DNA of 64,000 bases, taken from positions 83,640,001-83,704,000 of the forward strand of contig NC_087437.1 of the NCBI RefSeq assembly GCF_036321535.1, in the 5' to 3' direction. Source of the stretch: Camelus dromedarius (Eukaryota). Positions 26,111-38,653 of this stretch are shown in pieces. Below the pieces are notes generated by a model, which made no database searches, was not told the origin of the DNA, and saw only the letters and a list, made by a program, of their open reading frames with translations. The position numbers and the translations under genes were made by a program. The first letter of the stretch is position 1. The number at the start of each line of letters is the position of its first letter.

Positions 26111-29100
26111 ATCTATGAAAACAGTATATTAACATTTATCTTCATAAACAAGCCTTTTGTGAGAAGTTTTGCTTCATAGGTATTTTCTTATTCCTTAGTT
26201 AAGGACTGACAGGGAGCAGGAGCATATGGGGCGCTTTGTCTAAAAGACTAATTGAGGTTTGTTGTTTTAGGATATGAAGGGGTGATAATTAACTCGAGAG
26301 AATTTTGTTAACAGCTTGGTTTTATGATAGTTCTAGGCTGTCAACCTTTGGAGAAGAGTTATACAAGGTTATACCCTTATTTGAAAATGTAAGAAGATTA
26401 AAATAAAGTGAAAAAATATGAAAATGACTGCAGTGATAACTTCCATGCACAGGAAGAAGGAATTAGATTCTGCCAGAAATTATTATCTAAAACCTGGCTG
26501 GTTATTCTAAGCAGACCATACTGGTTCTTTGTCATTGACACTGCAATTTTTAGCAGCCCAGAATCAACACAAGGCTCTGCTGGGGCACGTAGCTGACTGC
26601 TCTGCTCTTGCTGAATCTGATGAGTTTTCCAATTGTGTTGACGGTTTCTGAATCGAAGCAGGCAGTGTGGACCTTTTATTAAACTAGACAAACAAGGAGT
26701 AGACAGTCAATACGAGGACACTGAGATATCCCTGAATGATACCCCTGAACAAGGGCTGCTTGGGTTGGGCAGGGAATCACACTTTTATGTTATAAGGCTG
26801 CTAAATATCTCCCAAAGAGAAGAGCATTGAATTTACTTATTCATACTTGCTTTTAAAAGAAACTATCTCAAAATTTTAGCAAGGACTGAAATGTACACTA
26901 GTACATGGAATACGAAATGATTTCATTTTTATCTTCCCTCTCTTCATCGTGGCTTTATGGAAAACCTATAATTTCAGGTTGAAGGGGGATGGTGAAGGGT
27001 CCCCCAAGGGTCCCAGTCTATCCTTACTTTTTGTGATAATGAATACTTATAGATATCAGCATGCTTAAATTTATAAAACAGTAATACTCAAAACACTGGC
27101 AATGTATTTTCTGATATTCAGTATAAAGGTTGTGCCTACATAGGCACAAGGAAAAAAAGAAAAAAAGAAAGGAAAGAAGTGGTTCTAAGAAAAAATCATT
27201 TATAATCTTATACCTATTTTCTTAGTCAATATTTTTCAACATACAGAATTTATAATTCAGTACAAATAATCAAGACCCAAATGAAATTCAGTATACATTA
27301 AGAAAAAGGGGGATAGGGTGGTAAAAGAACATACAGACAGAAAACAATTTTTCATAGGCTAATTTATAATTTATAAATCATTAGGGCTTGGAAACCTAAG
27401 ATTTCCTTTCTAACTTTAAGACAAAGAATTTCTTAAAGCCCTATACTTAAGACAGTTCTCCAACCTCATTTTTTTGGAAGTCACAATAGAATGTCAAGGA
27501 CTAATAAAAATGGAGAGGGCTTGTCTTTGGTAGCTTACCATCTTTCAGACAGTTGAATTAGTAGACAAAATGGGGAAAAATATGCAGTGTAGGACTCTCC
27601 TAGGTTAAAAGGTTGCTGATGATAAGATTTATGGTTTGGGAAATCTTTAGCCCTAATAGCTGAAAGCCTTGAGATGATTAACACTCTCTGTGCAACTACG
27701 CTTCAGTGTGTAAGTCATGGAGAGAGCATTAGTGAAGGAATCACCTGAACTGCATCTGAGCCCTGAACTGTCACTAACAAGCTCCGTTCTTGGATGAGTC
27801 TCTGTCTCCTCATTAAGGAAAGAAAAGAAACGGAAATGGGATTCAGTGCTTGCCGTAGTACCTTTCAGCTCAAGAAGCGATGTTTCTGGAGTCAGTGAAA
27901 CTGAAGACTTAATCTGCGGGAACTCTGGTAACATCTCTTGATCTCAAAGTTCTGTCACCTCCAGATCTAGATCTGGCCTCCTTTGAAAGGACTGTTTGCC
28001 ACAGAGCTCCAAGCACAGGGAGACAAAAGTCCAGGTGGGGTCAGAGGATATCGTGGTAAACTGAGGCCAGGAAGGTTTGGGGAGCCATGATATTCATTAC
28101 TATGCCAGTTCTCCTCCAACAAAGTATACTTTTTGGGAATATAAAGACATATTCCATGTTCTTAAAACTCAGGCCCATTTCTGCAAGTACTCTCTGTGAA
28201 AAAACTAAATATTTCTTCACTGGTGCATCATTTCCATTATAGAAAGATAATAGGCAACTTAAATACTGTATTTCCTGGGTCCATTAAAAGTATCTGAAAA
28301 CTATGGAAAATCGTTTGAGTACAAAGGAAAGGGGGATTTTAAAGTACCCTCTTTGTAAAAATGCTTTAAACAGAATACAAGTTATAAAAGTTGTAAGAGC
28401 AAAAGATTCTATATATACATTTCTTCCAAACAGAAACTGAAAGTATAATTAATTTTCTATGAAAATGTTGCTGACATGTCTACATTTCCTAGTTTTGTGG
28501 TCATTTAGTTAAAAAAAAATTTCCGTTGAAAATTACACTGTTGTGATAGCATATTGGCTATTGGTTAACTCTAGTTGGAACTTTACTATTTGAATTATTT
28601 ACAATGGCGATTGATTGACTCTCGGAATATCTTGGGTATTGCTCTTGTCTCTGTAACAGACATGCATCATGCTGGCGTGACTAGCACGTATTTAATTAAA
28701 ATGTTGCTCTTGCCTATAGACCAATGGTAGGAATTATCGAAAAACTGAGAAAAAGAAGGCCATTTTGAAAATTGCTTTGGTAGAAACATATTCAAACAAG
28801 CGCAAAAATTCCCTCCGTAAAGTGGAAGGTTGAAATAATGGGAATGCGCCGTTAGCAATTTACTGTATCTTACACAGATCATTACACAAGGACCATCACA
28901 TAATAAAGTGGAGTTTGGAAAATCTAATCAGAGACAAAAATTGGAAATGACTGGACTCTCTAAGTCATAAAATCATACAGCATTTGTAGGTAAGTGGATT
29001 CTACACATCCACATTCTTGGCTGAAATACTGACCTATAACTGAGAAATAAGAAATATGGTAAAAGGTGATTTTCTTCCTTCTCAAATTTTGAAAAGAGGG

Positions 29101-30119
29101 ATCAATTCAGATAAGGTCGAAAGGTTATTTCCAACCACATCATCTATAAAAAAAAGTCTTAAAGCTGAACTGTAATTTTTTTCTTCAGGTAAGCTTCAGA
29201 GAGCAATCTAAAGCAAAACTCATTATTATATTAAAAACTTTTGAAAAGTAAAGAGAAAAAAAATACAAAAACACTGAGGCAGCACTATGTTTCCTAGTAA
29301 ACCTCAAATGAGATGTTCACTGACAGAGGTTCTCTTTTTGGGAAACTGAACTCAGTAGCATATGCTTAAATGATACCATACCCAGGAGGCATTTGGGCTT
29401 CAAATTGCTTCAAGGTGAATTGTTTGTTTGTTCTTTTTTCTTTTTCTTTTTAACGGCAACATGTCAGGGAAACAACAAAACAAACAAAGCCCCAGACGCC
29501 AGTTTTGCGTTCACCTCATTAGTTCAAGTTAAGTCGCCTCTCATTTACATGGTGCTAGTTTTCCCCCAAATATTAGCTCTGTGGGGACTTGGTTATCTGA
29601 TGTTGCCTGCTGTTCATGTTTTGCTTGCATTTTCTTCTGTTAAGCACATTATACAGTGTAAGTGTTGGAAGGACGGCAGTGCCCTTGGTGTCATCCTTGG
29701 AGCCAGCGTAGCTCCTAGCATTACAATGCACTCCTATTATGCAGTAAACAACAATTATTTTGAACTTGGATGAAAATAATATAAAAACACTACCTTGCAA
29801 TATCTTTAAAAAAATGCTAGAAAATAGCAAGGAGCTGTATGTCTTCAGTGTGCCTGTGACGGGTTCCTGGTAATCAGCTAAATATACTGATGATTAGGAT
29901 TTTATTTTAAGCTACTGCCTTAAATATTTTTAAGAAATATAACAAATACAGTGCATTTTATAAATTTTTAACATCAAAACAAAACATATTGCAGAGAAGA
30001 GTTATAGTTCCACACAACAAGGAGTCAATCCACATTCTTTTGCTAATAGGATATGCTGAAAAAGCTTCTCTTTTCAAAAGCAGAAGTAGCATACTCCTCT
30101 GAAAATTAGACTTCTATGT

Positions 30120-30555
30120 ATAGCTTAGAGGGGAGAAGCACACACTTTGGAGTAAGCAAGGGGGCTTCAACTTTGGTTTTACCATTAACCAGCTAATAAC
30201 ATTGGGTAAGTTGCTTAAACTTTCTAGAAAGCCTCTTATCTATAAATGGGAGTAATAATAGTTTCTATCTCAAAGAATTATTTTAAAGATTAAATGAGCC
30301 AATAATCTAAAATACTTGGCTCATAATAAACTTAGAAATTGTAAGCTATGATTATTACCATTTATAATCATAATTAAGTGTCTTCTATGTACCAGTTGCT
30401 TTATATGTATTATCTCTGATTCTTTCAAATCCTGCAGTTGAGTATTTTGAAGCCCATAATAGATAGTATCTCAAAAAGCTTAAAACACTTATTTAAGATT
30501 ACATGACCAGTAAATTGCAGAGCTGGGATTTCAATCCAAATGTTTTTAGCTCTAA
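30120..30555. mobile_element. Two MIR SINEs in opposite orientation
   Basis: + copy ~30120-30350 (ttgggtaagttgcttaaac...tataaatgggagtaataatag...gattaaatgag); - copy ~30370-30555 (gcagagctgggatttcaatcca). Confidence 0.7.
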
Positions 30556-30557
30556 AG

Positions 30558-30773
30558 CAGTGGCTCTTAACTGGGAGTGATTTTTGTATCTCACCTCTGA
30601 CTGGGGAAGGTTTGGGAACAGTTTTGGTTGTCATGACTGGGAGGCTGTTACTGTCATCTAGTGGGTAGAGACCAGGGATGTGTTAAACATCCTACAACAC
30701 GCAGGACAAGCCTCCCCCTACCCCAGTAAAGAATTATTTGGCTCAATAATAGTTCTGAGGTTGCGAAACCCCT
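30558..30773 (+). mobile_element. MER20 hAT-Charlie element with 8-bp TSD
   Basis: cagtggctcttaactggg...ttttggttgtca...catctagtgggtagagaccagggatg..taaacatcctacaa...aaagaattat...gaggttgcgaaaccc; TSD ctctaaag (30550-30557) / ctttaaag (30774-30781). Confidence 0.9.
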
Positions 30774-33700
30774 CTTTAAAGCTTTCAGGATCTTTCCAAT
30801 ACACTTGCTGCTTCATGAGAATATAATGATGAACAGCGTTAATATTTTGGTGCCATTTGATATTGTAATAAATAAAGCTGCTCTTGGAAACAATGTACAG
30901 AAAAGAATAATAGTTTATCTCTGGCAGCACAACTGATTTCCTTTGGGGACTTTCTCCCTCACTCTATGTGCTTATGGGGGATATTGGCAGTCACAGTGCT
31001 CCTTCCACCTCCTAATGCACAGGCTGGTATCTTAACCTTTCTCTGTCAATCACAGTATCCATTTTCAGGCGTGATTTTGGTTCAGCGTTGGCTAGCAGAG
31101 CCAGCCAGTCTTCTCTGGGATGGGTGTATGAACTTTCACAGGGAGAAGGCCCCATTCTACTGAGATTGCTAAGCCAAAATGCTGAGTTCTGTACTATAAA
31201 GATGAATAAAGCAAAGAAGAAAACTTCTGCAATTGCAGAAAATGAGGTCAATGGACCCACTGCTTGGAAAGCACTGAAGTCCTGCATGACCCCTGAGATA
31301 CGGCACTGCCTAACCACCTTCTCACAAATCAAAAAAAAAAAAAATTTATTTGTTGTTAAGTTAGTTTCAGTTGAGTTTCGTTCATTCATAAGCAAAGGAA
31401 TCTTGAATAATAAAGTATGCGTGCCTTTAAGGGCAACTATTAAAAACAGCCATGTTGCAGTCACACGATGTTTTCTATAAGAAAAAGAAAAAGAAGGCCT
31501 GAGGTCTACCCCTGAGAGGATACATTCTACCTGGGGGCAGGGGCAAGACTTAGACAAAAGGCAGAACTTCACCTCCTCACCTACATTGAGGGCTCCCTGA
31601 GAGTGAGGGCTGGGATTTCTCCTTCTCCATCTCCACCCCCATGCCCAGTGACTGGCACGTGTGTTATCAGTAACTGCTGAATGGCCTTTTATAGACTAGT
31701 CCTCTGCACTCTATTTTTTCTCATTCTCTAATGTATATTATCACCTATCTTTGGGAAACTCATTATATTATTCACCAAAATGGATTCTGCAAACTCAGAA
31801 TTGTTCATTGTAATAAAATATGTCACAGTCTGCAGAATGGAGGGACCACTTCATAAACACTATATGGAATGTCCTAAACTCATTTAAAATCTTAAAGCAT
31901 GTTAACATTCCATATTTAACTATATCCATAAATTAAACTCACCAAAATGTAATAAAAATATAAAACAGTAACATAGAACATACTTGAAATTTTGTCTAAA
32001 AATTACTTTCATTATTTAAAATACACTTTGGTTGCAAAAAGTCAAACACAAGACTGTACTTTGAATGAACAAATGAGAAATGCAGGACAAATAGAAAATA
32101 ACCAGTATTTGGAGAAGGCAGCTCAGAAAGTTTTGATTAAGCTATTTGTGCTTCCAAACAGAAATTCTGGTTACAGGATCTGTCACAGATATGCTGACTT
32201 CCAATGTGTTAAGCTAAACAGAATTCCAACTCTCTTTACTGCAGCAGCAAAAAATATTCACAAGATAGATGAAAGATTTTAGCTCTTACTGCTTTCTTCT
32301 CCTCTTGTATTGATCTGAGGACCTCAAGGGTTTGGCTTCCCCTCACCGCCCCCCCCCCCGAACTTTTTGTTCTCCTCCAATTTTCAGATTCTTGCTTGCA
32401 TATTCTTTGGTAGCCACTCAAAGACCATGAAAATAACCAGCCTAGCCCTTAACCGGTCCTTGAAAAACAACTAAAGCTCTGGGTGGAGGGAGCATTCAGC
32501 CTTGTGCTGCGGGCACTGGAAAATCTTGAACAAAAGAGAATGGGCTTAACCTCAGATGTCTATTCCTGGCTGCAAGCAACTTCTGATTCCAGGTACAGTC
32601 TTTATGGCCAAGTGAGGTTTAATACACAGAACGGCTCTCTAAATGATCATCTTGGATGCAGATCATCAATGTACATGGACAGAATGGCTGGGTAAACAAT
32701 TGGATGAGAGCCAGGAAGGGAAGGGGTGACTACAGGGTGTGGATGACTCTAGGCAACAATTAAGAACAATGTACAAGGGGTCTGTGTCGGGAACTACATA
32801 TTTGGGCTTTTTCTCTCAGAGGTTGCTCTCCTAGAAATTCTGTCTTGTGGCCTGGTACCTTCACCTGCACCTGCTCTGCTCCATGGGAGCTCTGTTGAAT
32901 TCTTGCACCTCCACAGAGGTTCAGGAAAGCCCTCAACTTCAGAGAAGAACAATCTGAGTCACTCACTTGCTGAGGCAAGAATGATAACTATTTCTCTAGA
33001 GACTATAAGTTCATAGCATGTTACTGTTAAAAGGAATATTAAAACATCATTTAACCAAGTCCTTTTATTGTATTTATTGGTCATGAAACTGAGGCATTTT
33101 CATGGTTAAATTTCAGTCTACATTAATGATGGCCTTGGTTACTAGCTTGGTGGTACAATGTACCCCAGGTGGTAAGATGGTAATCCAGGGGGCAGGAAAA
33201 AGAATGGAACTTCTCTTTATGTTTATTTGTCTCATCCTACTATAAGGAAGACTATTTGTGCATGTCTAATAAGAGTAACCAGGACTTTTATGACCATGAC
33301 GAAATGACTTTCATCAATGTATTTGGCAATATGCATATTTAAAACCAAACCCCTAGCATTTCTTATCCTCCTTTCTTGCTTTTTCCCCCAAAGCAGTGAT
33401 CATCATGTTATATACTGTATGTATTTTGCTTATTTACTTTGTTTAAAGTCTGTTTCCCTCTCCCTAGAATTGCTGGCCCATGGACTGTAAACTCAACTAC
33501 CATCCAAGAGGCAGTGATTCCGTCTTCTCCTTGTCCAAGGCTTCTTCTACAAGGTTATTACAACTGACTTCTAAGATCACTGTCAAAGCATTTATTATGT
33601 GATTCTGGGGATATCTTAGTGCTTCTCTGTGCCTCAGTTTCATAACCAAGTTCAACTCGGGTTGGACTAGATCATCTGTATGATCCCTTCAAGGTGTAAC

Positions 33701-35630
33701 ATTTGTTTTCTGTTGTATCTTTAGTTCCTGGAACAGAGAAGACCCTCAACAAATATTTTTTAATGAAAAGGAAATATATTAGTACAGTAGTACTAGCACA
33801 TAGTGTGCCAAGAAATATACACATGTCAGCTGTGAAGGCTCAAAAACTTTTTCCTGCAAGGCTATGTGATTAGTAAAGTTTGGAGCCCTCTGAGTTAGGC
33901 AATTTTTAATTTTAAGTCTGTCAGGGAACTGGTCAAGACAAGGACTAAATGAGGTTCTAGTTAAGGAGGGTACTTGAACTGAGGGCTCTTCTGTGCAGTG
34001 AAGACTTTGACTCATCTGGAGGAGGACTTTTTATTCTAGAGATTTGCTTGAATGGCCTATTTTAGTCGTGTCAAAGTGAGACAGGCAGGCAAGCGTTATA
34101 GTGGGTTCAGAGTAGAACAAGAACTATGGAGACTGAAGCCAGGATTCTATTACCTTGGATAACTGGTTAAAAAAAAAAAAAAGGTGAGTTCTTTCTGGGA
34201 GAGAAGGAACACATTTCATTTCTGCTTCTGGGATTTAATCTAAAGACGAGTGTGAGAGGTAGTCACAAGTTGCCCCAAACAAGGCCCAGAGGCAGGAAGG
34301 AGCAATGAGGTCCTTCAAATAAAATTCCCTGAATAGTAAACTCTAGGCAAAAGGCCTGGATCTAAAAAGTCTAAGTGCTGGGAGTGGAGCAGAGGTTGCT
34401 GGTTACAGCACACTCTGCACTCAAAGGCGGATGCTCTGCAGGACTGAGCCACCCAGCTGTGTGTTTTGATGATGTGCTTTAAAGAGCAAGCCTGGGCAGT
34501 GTGTATGACCTTGAATCTGCTGCCGTGCAGTTTCTGGACCTGGCATTCTCCACAGAATAAGCAGGCACCCACAAGCCTGAGCAGGACTCAGCTTGGAAGT
34601 AATGCTCCATGTCAGAGAGAACTGATAGCCATAGTGAGCTAACCACAGCCCAGTCTTCTCCGTGCCCGGCATTCAGAAAGGAGAAACTCTGTCACTGAAC
34701 AAAACCTTAAGATACCTGGACGACTTGAGGTTGGGATGGAGTAACAAGGGTGAGGTGTGGACAGGTGGCTCAAACAAGTGAATGGAAAAAAGGGAAGAGA
34801 TCTGACAAGAGTTGACTCTGCTTAGGGATTCTGTACAGTCACACAGTCTTTGTTTTCACCTCTGAACATTCAGAATCCCATTAGAGCTGATTTCCCACTG
34901 CCATTGTCTCAGAAACCATTAGATGCTTTGAGAAAGGCAAGTGAGTGGACAAGGTCTAAATTCTGAGATGAGGGAGTGATATTAAAATGTATTTTCAGTT
35001 CTGACAGCACACTTATTTACATTGTCAGGATACTAGCATATTTTGATGACTGTCTCTACTACTTTGGACAGGCCACAGAGGTCAAATGTGTGTTAACTAC
35101 CTGATTCTATAATATTACTAACCACCAAGGTAATTTTCACAGCTAAAGCAGAAAGAAAACAGATTGTGTAAAGAGTCATGCATCTCAAAAGAACCACGCT
35201 AGATGACATATTGATAATACACTGCCTGAAAGCATTCAGTCTTTTTCTATTAAGTGATATCTAGTCTCAATTAATTTGCCCTTTACAGCAGTGCATTACA
35301 CTGCCCTAAGGGAGAAATGAGGGTAAACATGATTCTTGGTTTTCTGTCGCTTGTAGATCAAGGCGTTGCATAAGCATTAGAACAATATGTGTGGACGTAT
35401 CAGATGGAAGACATGGGTCAGGTGCTCACATGGCAAACACCGCCAGCTGGCCCCTATGGCAACAAACACCTCAGAGTGAAAGGCTACTTAGCTTCCTAAG
35501 TTCAGCCACAGACCCTGAACCACTCTCAGGAAGACAAGGGCTAATCTGAGGGAGGGTGAAGCGTGTTTCCCCATGCATACTATTGTGTCTGCATTCACAA
35601 GATGGCAGTTTAACTATGGGTGGCACTTAC

Positions 35631-35780
35631 ATCTTGGTTAGACATTTCCCAGTAAGGTCTCTCTCCATAGGACATGACCTCCCACATGACGATGCCGTAG
35701 CTCCACGCATCACTTGCCGAGGAGAATTTTCTGTAGGCAATGGCTTCTGGGGCTGTCCACCTTATGGGTATTTTCCCACC
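35631..35780 (-). CDS. EPHA6: EPH receptor A6, internal 150-nt exon (kinase subdomains VIII-X)
   Basis: Reverse complement reads ttttccag|GGT...GAT|gtaagt and translates to [50 protein letters not shown], typical Eph kinase motifs. Phase 0/0. Not captured by the ORF track. The preceding exon (HRD/DFG motifs) was not found and presumably lies right of the window. Confidence 0.98.
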
Positions 35781-36636
35781 CTGGAAAACAAATTGGAGAT
35801 TTTTTTCAGCTGGGTCACAAGTGTATTAAAAACTGAAGTGGCATTCCAATTAAATAACTTTTATTAGAAAGACCTAAACACTGCATGATAGCATTGGCAT
35901 TTTAAATAAAAATAAAAACAAAACCAGAGTAATGTAAAAATGTCAGGAATATTTTTCCTGTAATAGCTACTTGGTGAACACAGTTTTAATGGGACATAAG
36001 TCACACTTCAGAAATATTTTATTTCATTCATTAGAGAAATTTATTTTCACTTTAGAATCACACAATTAAACTCACTATCATGCCATTTGAATAAAGTTCC
36101 AGATTATAGGACATTAAAACTAAGTATCATCCAACATTCATTAAACACTGTACTGCATTATAAATAATAATGATAAGTTCTAACCTAACTGAAGTCAAAT
36201 GGTTAAATACAGAATTGAGACATCCTCTACAAATTCAATTTTTATCAGAACTCTATTTCCCTTTCATTCTTTTTCATCTGTTACGATTATGTTTATTTGA
36301 AATAAAAAAAAATCCTTGAACATTATACAAGAGCCCCTGAGAAGGCTGATCTTTCCTTAGAACTCTTTAGTTTATACTTTTCATTCTTCAGTGTTCAAGT
36401 TAACATCTGAACACATTAGACTAAATTGCATGAATTAAATCTATACTGTTCAGGTATTAAAGCCTGCGATGCTGTTACACGTATTTTTATCAACACATCA
36501 CATTTTATCTCTAGAAACACCTTGTAAGTCCCTTTTTCCTGTAATGACAAGAATAAAACAATTCATCCATTTGATTGGCAGTCTTTGAAATCTGCTGCTC
36601 TGGACAGCAGGTTGGGCGGACGGGAGCGACTGAAAC

Positions 36637-36650
36637 GCCACTAGATGGCG
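36637..36650 (+). promoter_or_regulatory. Candidate CTCF binding site in a CpG-rich patch
   Basis: GCCACTAGATGGCG fits the CTCF core CCACYAGRKGGCR; 13 CpGs in about 110 bp (36617-36725). Confidence 0.7.
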
Positions 36651-37424
36651 GAAGAGAACAAGGAGCGGCTGCCAGACGGCGGACTCGACCCCGCGGAGAC
36701 GGCTTCTGTTTCCAGCTGATTTTCGACAGGCAGAAAACCCACCACCACGGAACTGTTTCCTCATTTCAGCACTCTCATGATCACGGCATCCGATCACCTG
36801 CTGTGCTCAGAGTCTGGTGTTAGGGTGAGTGGGGTGGGAGGAAATAAAGATTGCATTCTCCGGCCCTTGAGGAATTGAGGGCTGACATCCTTAAAGAGGA
36901 AGCTGTTAATCGAGTAACCGAAATTGAAGGGAAAAGAGTTTTTTCCGAAACAGGAATAACTAGATTTCACAAGGCAAATGAGAACATTAACAGAACCCTC
37001 ATTTTAAAGACTTGTAGCAAGGAATTGTTAGAAGGAACCCTGAATTCGGTCTTGTCATTTTACAGGAGAGCAGGCTGGGCCCAGGGTTCAGAGATTTAGA
37101 GGTAACTTCTTCACATTATCAAAAGCACAGAGTGTCATCTTATGTCACCGTAGGAGTATTACGGGACATTGATACAAAGACGCAAATATTTCAGCATGGG
37201 GGGAAAAGCGAGGCCAAACTAACTTTAGCGTTGTTTTAACTTTGAGTATCTGTAACCATAGATCATAGCAGTGAAACGGAAGGGAGCCTGAAACCTGGGG
37301 TTTTCACCTTTTGGGGCAAATTAAGACCTGGAAACTGATTTTACAAAGTTGGTGACAGAAGTTTAAGAGGGTAGTGATTTGGGGGAAGGAAGCTGCAAGG
37401 GGAGGATTCATTCTTGAACCCAAG

Positions 37425-37650
37425 CGGAGTTCCAGATAAAATATAGGACCCATGGTTAAATTTGAATTTCAAATGAGTAACACATACTTTTTTTTCTTAG
37501 TATTAGTATGTCCCATGAATTATTTTTTTTGTATAAGTATGTCCCAAATACTGCATGAGACATGTTTATACTAAAAAATATTCATTATTTATCTGCAATT
37601 CAAATTTAACTGGGCATCCTATATTTTTATTTACTGCATCTGGTAATCCT
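37425..37650. mobile_element. MER53 palindromic hAT MITE with internal partial duplication
   Basis: ccagataaaatatagga...gttaaatttgaattt...gtataagtatgtcccaaata..gcatgagacat...aattcaaatttaactgggcatcct...atctggtaatcct. Confidence 0.9.
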
Positions 37651-38287
37651 TAATCCAGAGCATTAAAAAAAATTCAGAAACGGGAACATTGATCCGACAG
37701 AATACAATTTTTCTGAAAAAACTAGGTGGTCTGTAGTGCACGAGGGGAAAAGGATGCTGTGATGTATGTTCGTGCACCAGCACGACAGCAGCCTTTGTTT
37801 TACTGCGTGTTGTGGCTGAGGCTCCTCTGTCTTGCTGCTCTGCTTTTCGAAGCCACTTAGGTCTGGCTCAGGCTTCTTTCAATTACAGAAGCCATCCTTC
37901 CAGAGAATAAATACCAAATCTGTAGATTTGGCCTCAGAACAGATGCAAGAGCAGCAGTCTCATCCAGCATTTCTGATTCTGGATCTTTCTTGGCCTCTTC
38001 TGGTGAACAGGATGTGGAAGTGTGACTTGCTAGTCTGCTGGGCTGTCCCCTTGCTAGATTTTGCTGAGTTTTATTGAGACAGGCTAAAAAATGGAGTTAA
38101 GGGCTATTTTATGTACATTCACTTAGAAATGACATCTCATATAAATGAGTCATATAAATTTATATTTCCTATAACTTGGTATCACATGTAAATGATAACT
38201 TTATCACTTTTCTTCCTAAGATTTTATTTTTTTTTTCCCCAAGGGGAAGATATTGCAGAATGTTTGATTAATAGCACCACTGCTACC

Positions 38288-38653
38288 TGTTGTGGACTGA
38301 ATTGTAGTCCCTTAAAATTCATATGGTGAAATTCTAACCCTTAATGTGACTGTAATCTGGAGAGAGGGCCTTCGAAGAGATAAAGTTAAATGAGGTCAGG
38401 AGTGTGGGCCCTAATGCAACATGACTGGTGTCCTTATAAGAAGATGAAGAGACACCAGAGGCCGGCAGGCACAGGGAAGAGGCCATGTGAGGACACAGCA
38501 AGAACTGACCACATGCAAACCAAGGAGAGAGGCCTCAGGAGAAGCCAAAACTGCCTGCACCTTAAATTTGGATGTCCAGCCTCCATAACTGTGAAAAATT
38601 TGAGCCACCCAGTCTGTGGTATTTTGTTGGGGCAGCCCTAGTGGACTAATACA
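38288..38653 (+). mobile_element. Solo MaLR LTR (MLT1A/MLT1B-like) with 5-bp TSD
   Basis: TG...CA ends (tgttgtggactgaattgt...ctaataca), internal gactggtgtccttataagaaga and gccatgtgaggacacag; TSD ctacc / ctatc. Confidence 0.9.

Noticed and set aside
31012..31572. Overlapping 186-aa (-) and 130-aa (+) ORFs
   Set aside because: No recognisable domain, both run through an A13 homopolymer, and no convincing exon structure was found
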